Shown: piece after piece, positions 27,773 to 35,374 of the stretch
How positions within the stretch are numbered: the first letter of the stretch is position 1
How the letters are laid out: each line of letters starts with the position of its first letter
Position numbers and translations under genes: made by a program
The notes under the pieces: model-generated
The model's input: the letters and a program-made list of their open reading frames with translations, nothing else
Told to the model about the DNA's origin: nothing
Database searches by the model: none
DNA from: an uncultured Gammaproteobacteria bacterium
GTDB taxonomy: Bacteria; Patescibacteriota; Microgenomatia; Levybacterales; UBA12049
NCBI GenBank assembly: GCA_964461865.1
Contig: CAYWVK010000002.1
Span: 1 to 39,306, forward strand
Direction of reading: 5' to 3'
DNA length: 39,306 nt

Positions 27773-29598
27773 TAAAGCCTGATGAGATGAAAATTAATGA
27801 AGAAGCTAATGTTTATCATGATGCAACTTTGGATAATTGGGGTAACGCATTTAACTTCAGCCACGAAAAAGGATTAGCAGAATGGTTAAAAAATTCAATT
27901 GATGCTTACTTACGCATTAAGTTTGCTGATAAAGATCAGCATGTTATTTTTAGATTCGCTGAAGGAAATAGCTCCAATCCTTCAACGATTGAATGCATTG
28001 ATTTTGTCGGAATGACACACACGGATATTCAAAAGGCTGTTAAATGGTGGGGAGATCCAAATGCAGCAAGCAGAGGCTTAAACGTAAGAGTTTATGGTGG
28101 TCATGGAAACGGTGGTAAATTTTACATGCGCCAAATGTTTCGTTCTTCAAGGTTTATAACCTATAGAGACGGAAAGCTAAATATATTCGGTTTCAATGAA
28201 AATAAAAAATATGGCTTTGCAGACGGTTTTGAAGACAAATCAGTCTCCTTGGAAGACGCGCTTAAAATTGCAAATATTGATATCTCAATTATTCCCCAAA
28301 ATTTATTAGTTATAATGCAAGCTGGTAAAATAGGTTTTACTTTAGTCAGAGGTATTCAACCCAAGCGAATTGTCGGTCACGCATTGCCTGTCAATCAGCT
28401 TTGCGAGAAACTGAAATACCATCCTCAATCCAGAAGGCCTCTTAAATACTGTAACGTATCTGTTATTTATAACGGAAACTTAATATTTAAGAATCTTAGA
28501 ATGGAAGAAATTGAACCTTTAAAAGAGTTTAAGGATCCTTTTGTTTTTGAAATACCTGAATTCCTTATCGATAGCGATAATCATAATAAAAAAATTGAAC
28601 TCGCGAATAAAAAATATCAAAAAGGTCAATTAATTTTACGAACTTCTTCATTGCCTTTCGGTCGCGGAGGAAGAAAGCCAGAGTTAAATTGCGTGGATAT
28701 TATTGGAGAAATAGGTGTTATTGCTTCATATAAGATGAGCGAAATAGGTCCGTTAAGATATTATCCTCAGGCACAATCAATATATGGAGAATGCAAATGC
28801 CCGATTTTAGAAGATCCTGAATATGATTCTGTTCAAAACGACAGAGATAAGTTGGCTGAAAATGATAGAACACTGGTTTTACGCAAATGGATAGCCAGTA
28901 AAATCGATGAGGTAGGGTTTAAGATAGCGGATTTGGAAGAAAAAGAGGAGCAGAAAAAAATTAATCAGACAACGGATGAATTCAATCAAATGTTAAATAA
29001 GTGGAAGGATCAATTTATGTCCAAATTGTTTACGGAGATATTGGGCGGTCCCGGAAAGGGCAGATCTACGGGTGGAATCGGAGATGAAGGTTCAGGAGGA
29101 GGAAAAAATGAAAATTCAGAGACTAAAGGAGGATTGGGTTCTGGAAAAGGAGAAGGAGGAGGAGAGGGGGATGAAAAGAAAAAAGGATCTGCGATGCCGA
29201 GGGTTTTACTATCCGAAAGTGAGGATCCTGATTTTCCAGGCGTAATTGTGACATTCGCAGAAAGACATTTTGCTGTTGAACAAAGACCGCAGGATGTATC
29301 AAGGGGTATATTTTGGATAAATCGTAATAAACCCATGGCTAAAAAGATACTTGATAAATACGGTGTTGATTCAGTTCAATGGAGAAATTACCTCTTTCAG
29401 AGATACGTAGACATTTTTATAATTTCCGCCATAGATAGAAAGGCTAAGTTAGAAGGCGGAAGTTTAACACCCGATATAATTGATACTGAAATCTTTAAAG
29501 TCGTCTCAGTAGTTAACGACAAAGCAATTGTTGATTTGGAGCAATTTTTAGTAGGAGAAAAATTTAAAACTACTAACAGCTCTGAAAATGAAGAATAA
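27769..29598 (+). CDS. GHKL/MORC-type (HATPase_c_3-like) ATPase with Gly-rich linker and unknown C-terminal domain
   Basis: Bergerat-fold motifs: N-box AEWLKNSIDAY (ExxxNxxDA), degenerate G1 IDFVGMT, and G2 box GGHGNGGK (GxxGxGxK). A low-complexity GGPGKGRSTGGIGDEGSGGGKNENSETKGGLGSGKGEGGGEGD linker precedes the last ~150 aa. Confidence 0.7.
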   Translation: MIKPDEMKINEEANVYHDATLDNWGNAFNFSHEKGLAEWLKNSIDAYLRIKFADKDQHVIFRFAEGNSSNPSTIECIDFVGMTHTDIQKAVKWWGDPNAASRGLNVRVYGGHGNGGKFYMRQMFRSSRFITYRDGKLNIFGFNENKKYGFADGFEDKSVSLEDALKIANIDISIIPQNLLVIMQAGKIGFTLVRGIQPKRIVGHALPVNQLCEKLKYHPQSRRPLKYCNVSVIYNGNLIFKNLRMEEIEPLKEFKDPFVFEIPEFLIDSDNHNKKIELANKKYQKGQLILRTSSLPFGRGGRKPELNCVDIIGEIGVIASYKMSEIGPLRYYPQAQSIYGECKCPILEDPEYDSVQNDRDKLAENDRTLVLRKWIASKIDEVGFKIADLEEKEEQKKINQTTDEFNQMLNKWKDQFMSKLFTEILGGPGKGRSTGGIGDEGSGGGKNENSETKGGLGSGKGEGGGEGDEKKKGSAMPRVLLSESEDPDFPGVIVTFAERHFAVEQRPQDVSRGIFWINRNKPMAKKILDKYGVDSVQWRNYLFQRYVDIFIISAIDRKAKLEGGSLTPDIIDTEIFKVVSVVNDKAIVDLEQFLVGEKFKTTNSSENEE

Positions 29599-31540
29599 TC
29601 CGATTACAAATTTGGTTAACTTATTTTTTAACCAATCCCCAAAAGAAACAAACACAAATAATAATATGAAAAGCATAATGACCGATGATAAATATTATTC
29701 AGAAAATGATCCCATTGAGGTTCTTTCATTAAATTCCCAGATAGAATTTATATTGAAGGGAAGAAAAATAGATACAGTGGGTAAATTATATAAATGCAAA
29801 AGAAAAAGATTAAATAAAATAAAATTTATCGGTCCAAAATCCCTTAAATATTTAATGCGAGTTAAAAGAGAGATCCATATTAATAAATTAGATTCGGATG
29901 ATAACGGTCAAAAACAACATTTGAACGAAAATGATAAGTTATCTAAACAAGAGAAAACATCTCAAAATTTATCTTATATAGACTTAAGCAACATAGATTT
30001 ACTCCCATCAATTTCCAGAGATGATGACATCAGTGCCTTGGGATTACCAACCAGACTGGAAAATAGCTTGCGAAACGTAGCCTTATTCACCATAGGAGAT
30101 TTTTATGATTACAACGACGAAGCATTATTTAAAGTCAGAAATATAGGTTATAAAACGTATCCTTATTTATTAAAAATTAAAAAAGAATTAGAATCAAAGT
30201 TTGATTTAAAAGCTCCTGAAAAACCAGAGAGGGAAGACAAAAATAAAGATAAATTGAGAGATGATAATCCTGAAGAAACATTAGAAAAACTTCTAAATAA
30301 AGTTAATTTGTCTGGGGGCGATCCGATAGAAACACTCGGTTTGCCAACAAGAGTGGAGAATGCCTTAAAAGCTGCAGGAATAAAAACTCTTAATTTATTA
30401 TTCTCGTTATCAGATAAAGAAATAATTGAAGGTAAAAACTTAGGATATAAGTCTCTTGAATTAATTAAGTATTACAAAAATTCAATTGAGAAAGGAGTTG
30501 TTTCGGGTATTAACGACGAAGAGTTAGTCGATTTAACTCTTAACAGATGTAGGGATGATAGAGACAAGACAATAATAATAAAAAGATACGGTTTTTATAC
30601 GGGTGAGAGAGATACTCTTGAGGAAATAGGGAAAAGCTTAAATATAACCAGAGAAAGAGTGAGGCAAATTCAAAATAAAATGCTATCCAGAATGAGACAT
30701 CCTAGCACGAAGTCACGCGAGCGTTTAAAAGAATTAATGATTAAGGCCTGTTTTGATAATGGCGGAATGATAACGGACAGAGAAGCGGATAAATTAATTC
30801 CGCCTCTGATTAGAAATTCTTCGATTGACGGAAGTTCTTTTCTTGATCTTCTCGCTGATATAGGATGGATTCAAAAACATGGAGCTGGTGATGTATTTTT
30901 CTATTCACCGAATAGCACAGACTATGTATTGTCAGAACTAATGGAAAAGATTATATCCGTCCTTAAAGTAGCAAAACAATTATTAAGCTTAGATGAAGTT
31001 TTAGAGCGGTTATATTATACGGGTGATAAGAATTCAATAATGCGAGACATTGTGGCTAAGTGTTGTGTTTCCGATCCTAGAATCGAGCAGGCGGGAGAAA
31101 AATACACTCTATACTCGATTCCAGGTCATAAGCAAGATAAATGGGCTCATTATATGTCTAAAGTACTAGAGCAATCAGGCGAGCCCTTGCACTTTACAGA
31201 AATAGCAGGAAGAGTTAATGATCTAATAAGTAGCTCAGATCAGAAGATTGAACAAAGAAGAGTCCACGCAATTTTAATACAGAATCACCAGTTTGCGCAT
31301 ACGGGAACATGGGGTATGTATGGATTGACTAAATGGGGACTTAGAAAGGAATCTACGTTGGATCTCGCAGAAGAATATATAAAAAAAGCAGGCTTCCCAG
31401 TTCATTTGGATCAAATTTATAATTATGTAAGTAAATATAAATATACTAAGCCCAATAACATTGCGAGTATTCTAAATAACGACAGATTTATAAAGATGGA
31501 AAGAGGCATGTATTGGCTAAAGAATGTAAAAACAAATTAA
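29588..31540 (+). CDS. Chimeric protein: three RpoA-CTD-like HhH modules + sigma-70 region 4 + two or three HARE-HTH-like modules
   Basis: Alpha-CTD-like: ALGLPTRLENSLRNVALFTIGDF...VRNIGYKTYPYL; LGLPTRVENALKAAGIKTLNLL...GKNLGYKSLELIK; weaker LSLNSQIEFILKGRKIDTVGKL...IKFIGPKSLKYL. Region 4: KRYGFYTGERDTLEEIGKSLNITRERVRQIQNKMLSRMRHP (compare this window's Rpo[42 protein letters not shown]). HARE-HTH-like: VLEQSGEPLHFTEIAGRV...HQFAHTGTWGMYGLTKWG and IKKAGFPVHLDQIYNYV...NNDRFIKMERGMYWL. Overlaps the upstream gene by 11 nt. Confidence 0.7.
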   Translation: MKNNPITNLVNLFFNQSPKETNTNNNMKSIMTDDKYYSENDPIEVLSLNSQIEFILKGRKIDTVGKLYKCKRKRLNKIKFIGPKSLKYLMRVKREIHINKLDSDDNGQKQHLNENDKLSKQEKTSQNLSYIDLSNIDLLPSISRDDDISALGLPTRLENSLRNVALFTIGDFYDYNDEALFKVRNIGYKTYPYLLKIKKELESKFDLKAPEKPEREDKNKDKLRDDNPEETLEKLLNKVNLSGGDPIETLGLPTRVENALKAAGIKTLNLLFSLSDKEIIEGKNLGYKSLELIKYYKNSIEKGVVSGINDEELVDLTLNRCRDDRDKTIIIKRYGFYTGERDTLEEIGKSLNITRERVRQIQNKMLSRMRHPSTKSRERLKELMIKACFDNGGMITDREADKLIPPLIRNSSIDGSSFLDLLADIGWIQKHGAGDVFFYSPNSTDYVLSELMEKIISVLKVAKQLLSLDEVLERLYYTGDKNSIMRDIVAKCCVSDPRIEQAGEKYTLYSIPGHKQDKWAHYMSKVLEQSGEPLHFTEIAGRVNDLISSSDQKIEQRRVHAILIQNHQFAHTGTWGMYGLTKWGLRKESTLDLAEEYIKKAGFPVHLDQIYNYVSKYKYTKPNNIASILNNDRFIKMERGMYWLKNVKTN

Positions 31541-31597
31541 ATAAAAGCATCCAAAATTTAATAAACATGATGAATAACGACTGGAGGTGAAAACACG

Positions 31598-31963
31598 ATG
31601 ACAATAGATTTTTTTAAAATAATAGAGTTAATAAAGGACCCGGATCTTAGAATGAAAATAACGCAACTCTATGGAGAAAATATTACGTTAAAAGAAGAAA
31701 ATTCTAAATTAAGACAGAAAATAGAAAAGTTTAATAAAAATGAAGAAATAAGAAGTAAATTGCAACATAAAGACAATCATTATCTCATTGAAGAAGACGG
31801 ACCTTTTTGTACTAAATGCTGGGATGTTGATGAAAAACTAGTAAGGCTCCATGGAAACGCTTCTGATGAAGGAGTACAGCATTTTACTTGTCCAAACTGC
31901 AAAACGTACACTCAAATAGGAGAATATCCAAGAACTCGCGTAGAAGACATTAATCTGTATTGA
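31598..31963 (+). CDS. Coiled-coil + zinc-ribbon protein, last gene of island operon
   Basis: 121 aa. GGAGGTGA SD upstream. N-terminal heptad-like region, then CTKCW...CPNC four-Cys ribbon. Confidence 0.6.
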   Translation: MTIDFFKIIELIKDPDLRMKITQLYGENITLKEENSKLRQKIEKFNKNEEIRSKLQHKDNHYLIEEDGPFCTKCWDVDEKLVRLHGNASDEGVQHFTCPNCKTYTQIGEYPRTRVEDINLY

Positions 31964-31994
31964 TTATTAATCCTCTAGTCGTATAATCAGCTTA

Positions 31995-33320
31995 ATGGAA
32001 AAAACCCGCCTAAATAAGTCAGTTAATTATAAAGCGGTTATAATAGTTTTAATTCTTTACTACTTTATCAGACCTTATTCCTCTGACGCTTTTACCCCTT
32101 TTTTATCGGACTTATTATTTCTAATAATTATTTTAAAAATGTTCAAGGTAAATCTTAACTTAAAAAAATTAGTTTTTTTGTTTTTTACTTTCCTTGAACT
32201 ATTGGTAACTTATGTAATAAGACAAAGAAAGTATTCTGTACCGCTTGGGATCTGTATTATTCTTGTTTTTTTTATTTTTTATCAAAACAGTGAAATTAAT
32301 AAAATAAACAACAAGCTTGTTTTGATTGAAAATAAGCTAGGGGGTAATAAAGAAATTAATTGTAATATCAATGAATCAGTTAAGAAAATAAAACAATCGG
32401 TAGTCAGAGTAGTTGGAGGGGAAGCGGAAGGATCGGGTTTTGCAGTAACTTACGATGGTTTAATAATTACCAATTTTCATGTTATAGAATTTGAACCAAG
32501 TCCTAAAATTGTCTTTTCCGACAATACATTTGAAACAGCAACTATAGAGATGGCTGACAAGCAAGCAGATTTGGCTGTATTAAGAGTTGAGAGAAAATTG
32601 CCCATGATTAACTTCGGTTACTATCTGGACTTAACCCCAACCCAGGATCTTTACGCGATAGGATATCCGTTAGGTGGAGATATTCCCGGGGACGCAACTA
32701 TAAGTAAGGGAATATTATCAGCAATAAGAGAACCCAAAGATTCAGGTTTAACAATTCTTCAAACTGATATTGATTTAAATCAGGGTGTTTCAGGAGGTCC
32801 GATGATTGATACTTGCGGAGACGTATATGGAATAAATACTGCCGGAATGTCCGGCATGGGATGGGCAATTTCATCCGATACTATTTTACAAAAATTAAAC
32901 AAGATGTCACTGGATGAGGATCCCTTAAAAGATGTTAAAAAAATAACTATTGATCCGGATTTAAGCCCAACGGAAGCAGTTAAGGCTTTTTATAATTATT
33001 TAAAACTTAGAAAACTACCCGAAGCATTTAGTCTTTTATCGGATAATTTTAAAGAAGGACATGGTTATGATTATTGGAAAAAAGGCTACGAAACAATGCT
33101 TGATACAAGTATTATCAGTTCTTCTCAGGATGGAGCAGTAAACTCAGGTAAAAATATCGTAAAAGTTAAATTAACAACAACAAATTTAGTAGATGGTGAA
33201 TTTGTTTATAAGGCGTTTGAGGGAACATGGGAAGTAAGAGAACTAAAAGGAATGTGGCAGCTTTGGGAAGCTAATGTAAAAGAAGTTAAAAATCCGGATT
33301 ATTTCTGGTTTTATGAATGA
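31995..33320 (+). CDS. Membrane-anchored trypsin-like (S1C/Trypsin_2-like) serine protease with C-terminal NTF2-like domain
   Basis: 441 aa. Three N-terminal TM helices. Catalytic triad contexts GSGFAVTYDGLIITNFHVI (His), ADLAVLRV (Asp), GVSGGPMID (Ser). Confidence 0.75.
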   Translation: MEKTRLNKSVNYKAVIIVLILYYFIRPYSSDAFTPFLSDLLFLIIILKMFKVNLNLKKLVFLFFTFLELLVTYVIRQRKYSVPLGICIILVFFIFYQNSEINKINNKLVLIENKLGGNKEINCNINESVKKIKQSVVRVVGGEAEGSGFAVTYDGLIITNFHVIEFEPSPKIVFSDNTFETATIEMADKQADLAVLRVERKLPMINFGYYLDLTPTQDLYAIGYPLGGDIPGDATISKGILSAIREPKDSGLTILQTDIDLNQGVSGGPMIDTCGDVYGINTAGMSGMGWAISSDTILQKLNKMSLDEDPLKDVKKITIDPDLSPTEAVKAFYNYLKLRKLPEAFSLLSDNFKEGHGYDYWKKGYETMLDTSIISSSQDGAVNSGKNIVKVKLTTTNLVDGEFVYKAFEGTWEVRELKGMWQLWEANVKEVKNPDYFWFYE

Positions 33321-33918
33321 TAAGTCGCTTCGAAAATTAGCAATTAAAACAGGAGATAAAATAACAAGGGAAATCTTTTTAAACAAAAGAAAAAGAAAGA
33401 AACACAAAGAACTCTTCCTAATTGCCCAGAAATATGTTCTTAAAAATGCAGATTTTTCAGTTAAGCCTGTCTTAAAACAGGAATACGAAGAAAGGATGCT
33501 TCATACATCAATACTAAGCTTTAGCGTAAAAGGGTTGGAGATGGTAAAAAATGCAGAACAACGAGATAAAGAAACACATCTTACTAATTGTAAATTTGTT
33601 CTTTTTAAAAAAGGAAAATCATTAGTATTTAAATCAACATTTCTAAAACCCCTTTTGGATAATAAAAAAAGAACAAGTTATTTTTATTTTCCGCATGGCT
33701 TTCCAAAGAATACAAAAAAGAAAGCTTATATTTACAAAGGAATAGATAAATTTAAAAGTAAGGAATACAGGAATGTTGACAAGGGAATTTTCAAACAGAA
33801 AATATTGGATTTTAAAACATTCACCATAAAACATAAGGGAGAAAAAGAAGATTATAATTTTAAATTAACCATTCTTAATAAAGAGAAACAATCATACTGG
33901 GCAGAAAATTATGAGTAA
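33313..33918 (+). CDS. Hypothetical basic protein
   Basis: 201 aa, Lys-rich, overlaps the protease gene by 8 nt (translational coupling). No family recognised. Confidence 0.5.
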   Translation: MNDKSLRKLAIKTGDKITREIFLNKRKRKKHKELFLIAQKYVLKNADFSVKPVLKQEYEERMLHTSILSFSVKGLEMVKNAEQRDKETHLTNCKFVLFKKGKSLVFKSTFLKPLLDNKKRTSYFYFPHGFPKNTKKKAYIYKGIDKFKSKEYRNVDKGIFKQKILDFKTFTIKHKGEKEDYNFKLTILNKEKQSYWAENYE

Positions 33919-34046
33919 AAATAAAAATGAAGAAATAATAAAAAAGAGATAGAAGAAGACTAAAAAGATAAAGATGTTTATATTTTGGAGAATGAAGGAG
34001 TGATTAAAATTTTAATATCAAGAGAGTAAAATATAAAAGATACGAA

Positions 34047-34484
34047 ATGCTTATAAGTAAAAAATTATTAATTTTAGAAGATGATTTTTTGACAGTCTCG
34101 AAGATTTTAGATAGGCTAGAAAGTTTTGAGCAAATTGAGCCATATGACTTCAGTATCGTAGTATTGTCTGATTATATTCAGGTCCAAGATTATATCAACA
34201 ATAATCCTAAGGCAGAATTTGATGTAATTCTTTTAGATCGGGATTGTAAGATGGGAGGGTCATTTCACGTTTTAGACATTGAGAGATTCGGGCCCGAGAA
34301 GGTAATATCCATCTCTTCGGTTCCAAAAAATAACGAGGCCGCTAAGAAAAGAGGAGTAAAAAAGGTTGTAGAAAAGGACTTTCTTAATTTAGACGAGTTT
34401 GCAGACAAGGTAATCTTAGAAATAGAAAAAATGGTAAAAGGAAAAAATTTAAATAGATTAAAAAATATATTTAAAAAATTGTAA
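34047..34484 (+). CDS. Orphan CheY-like receiver (REC)-like domain protein
   Basis: 145 aa. LLILEDD (acidic pair), VILLDRD (phospho-acceptor-like Asp), ISISS and a downstream Lys in receiver-like spacing. No output domain, no kinase nearby. Confidence 0.5.
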   Translation: MLISKKLLILEDDFLTVSKILDRLESFEQIEPYDFSIVVLSDYIQVQDYINNNPKAEFDVILLDRDCKMGGSFHVLDIERFGPEKVISISSVPKNNEAAKKRGVKKVVEKDFLNLDEFADKVILEIEKMVKGKNLNRLKNIFKKL

Positions 34485-34542
34485 TTGCCTAAAACGGATA
34501 CTTAGGGAATATATTGATGTTTAGTAAGCCCTTCATCGTTAC

Positions 34543-34758
34543 ATGAGTAAAATAAGTCAAGAATGCGAAAACTATGGTAAATATTTAGGAACAGGAAATT
34601 ACCATTTGTGCACTCGTTGTGAAAATGGTTCAGAAAATGGCTGTGGTAACTTAAAGATAAAAGGTCAAAGATTCAGTGAATGGATAGCCAAATGTCCTGT
34701 TGGAGATACCCTCTATGTTTTTCATCAAAGATCGGAAAGAGTTAATAAAGAAAAATAA
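34543..34758 (+). CDS. Small Cys-rich protein, paralogue 1
   Basis: 71 aa with five Cys. 50/69 aligned residues are identical to 37229-37438 by hand alignment. The stop is immediately followed by repeat R1. Confidence 0.6.
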   Translation: MSKISQECENYGKYLGTGNYHLCTRCENGSENGCGNLKIKGQRFSEWIAKCPVGDTLYVFHQRSERVNKEK

Positions 34759-34796
34759 GTTCCAACATCATTCATTCCGTGGAGCAAATTAGCCTC
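34759..34796 (+). repeat. Cassette-end repeat R1
   Basis: GTTCCAACATCATTCATTCCGTGGAGCAAATTAGCCTC, starting at the first nt after the TAA stop. Confidence 0.7.
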
Positions 34797-34821
34797 AAAA
34801 ACTTAATATTTCTATTACCTT

Positions 34822-34830
34822 TGCTATACT
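34822..34830 (+). promoter_or_regulatory. Extended -10 element for cassette gene 34840
   Basis: TGCTATACT (identical to the rpmH element) 9 nt upstream of GTG 34840. Confidence 0.35.
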
Positions 34831-34839
34831 AATTTTATT

Positions 34840-35289
34840 GTGAAGAAATTTTATATTGTAATTATTTTATTTTTAGCTGTTATTTCATTTTATTTCCTTC
34901 CTGGAATTTTTAATATACCAAGAATGATTGAATGCGTTTCAAATAGCGAGTCTTTTCTCCTTACGCCGTGTGATCCCTTTAACAGTTGGTTTCTTTGCAG
35001 AAGACATGCTTATTGTACGATTTCATATAAAGATGGAGGAAAGGGATGTAACTCTGGGAGTAAATGTTCCTCTGGTATATGCGTGTTTAAAAAAGAGGAC
35101 ATTGTAAGGTTTAACAAAAAATTAATTGATGAGATATGGAGTATGCCAATGTTAACAGGTGAGAAAAGATTACAATTGCCCGATAATTTTGGTTTTTGTA
35201 AAAAGTACGAAAATGACCAAAATTGCATATCTCGTAAATATGTTGAAATTAACTATGATCAAAAAATAGTGGATGTTGGATGTATGTAA
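34840..35289 (+). CDS. Secreted/anchored cysteine-rich protein
   Basis: 149 aa, GTG start, N-terminal hydrophobic helix (FYIVIILFLAVISFYFLPGIF), 10 Cys in the mature part. Followed by R2. Confidence 0.55.
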   Translation: MKKFYIVIILFLAVISFYFLPGIFNIPRMIECVSNSESFLLTPCDPFNSWFLCRRHAYCTISYKDGGKGCNSGSKCSSGICVFKKEDIVRFNKKLIDEIWSMPMLTGEKRLQLPDNFGFCKKYENDQNCISRKYVEINYDQKIVDVGCM

Positions 35290-35291
35290 TA

Positions 35292-35334
35292 GATTCTAAC
35301 ATCGCTTATTCCTCGGAGCCAAGTTTTTAGACTC
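35292..35334 (+). repeat. Cassette-end repeat R2
   Basis: GATTCTAACATCGCTTATTCCTCGGAGCCAAGTTTTTAGACTC, 3 nt after the stop. Followed by TTGACA (35338-35343), N18, TACACT. Confidence 0.7.
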
Positions 35335-35374
35335 TGGTTGACAGGACAATAATTTAATCCCTACACTAATATTA

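Noticed and set aside
29010-29336. 108-aa minus-strand Pro/Ser-rich ORF
   Set aside because: It is the mirror image of the Gly-rich linker (GGN codons read as NCC on the other strand) within the GHKL ATPase gene.
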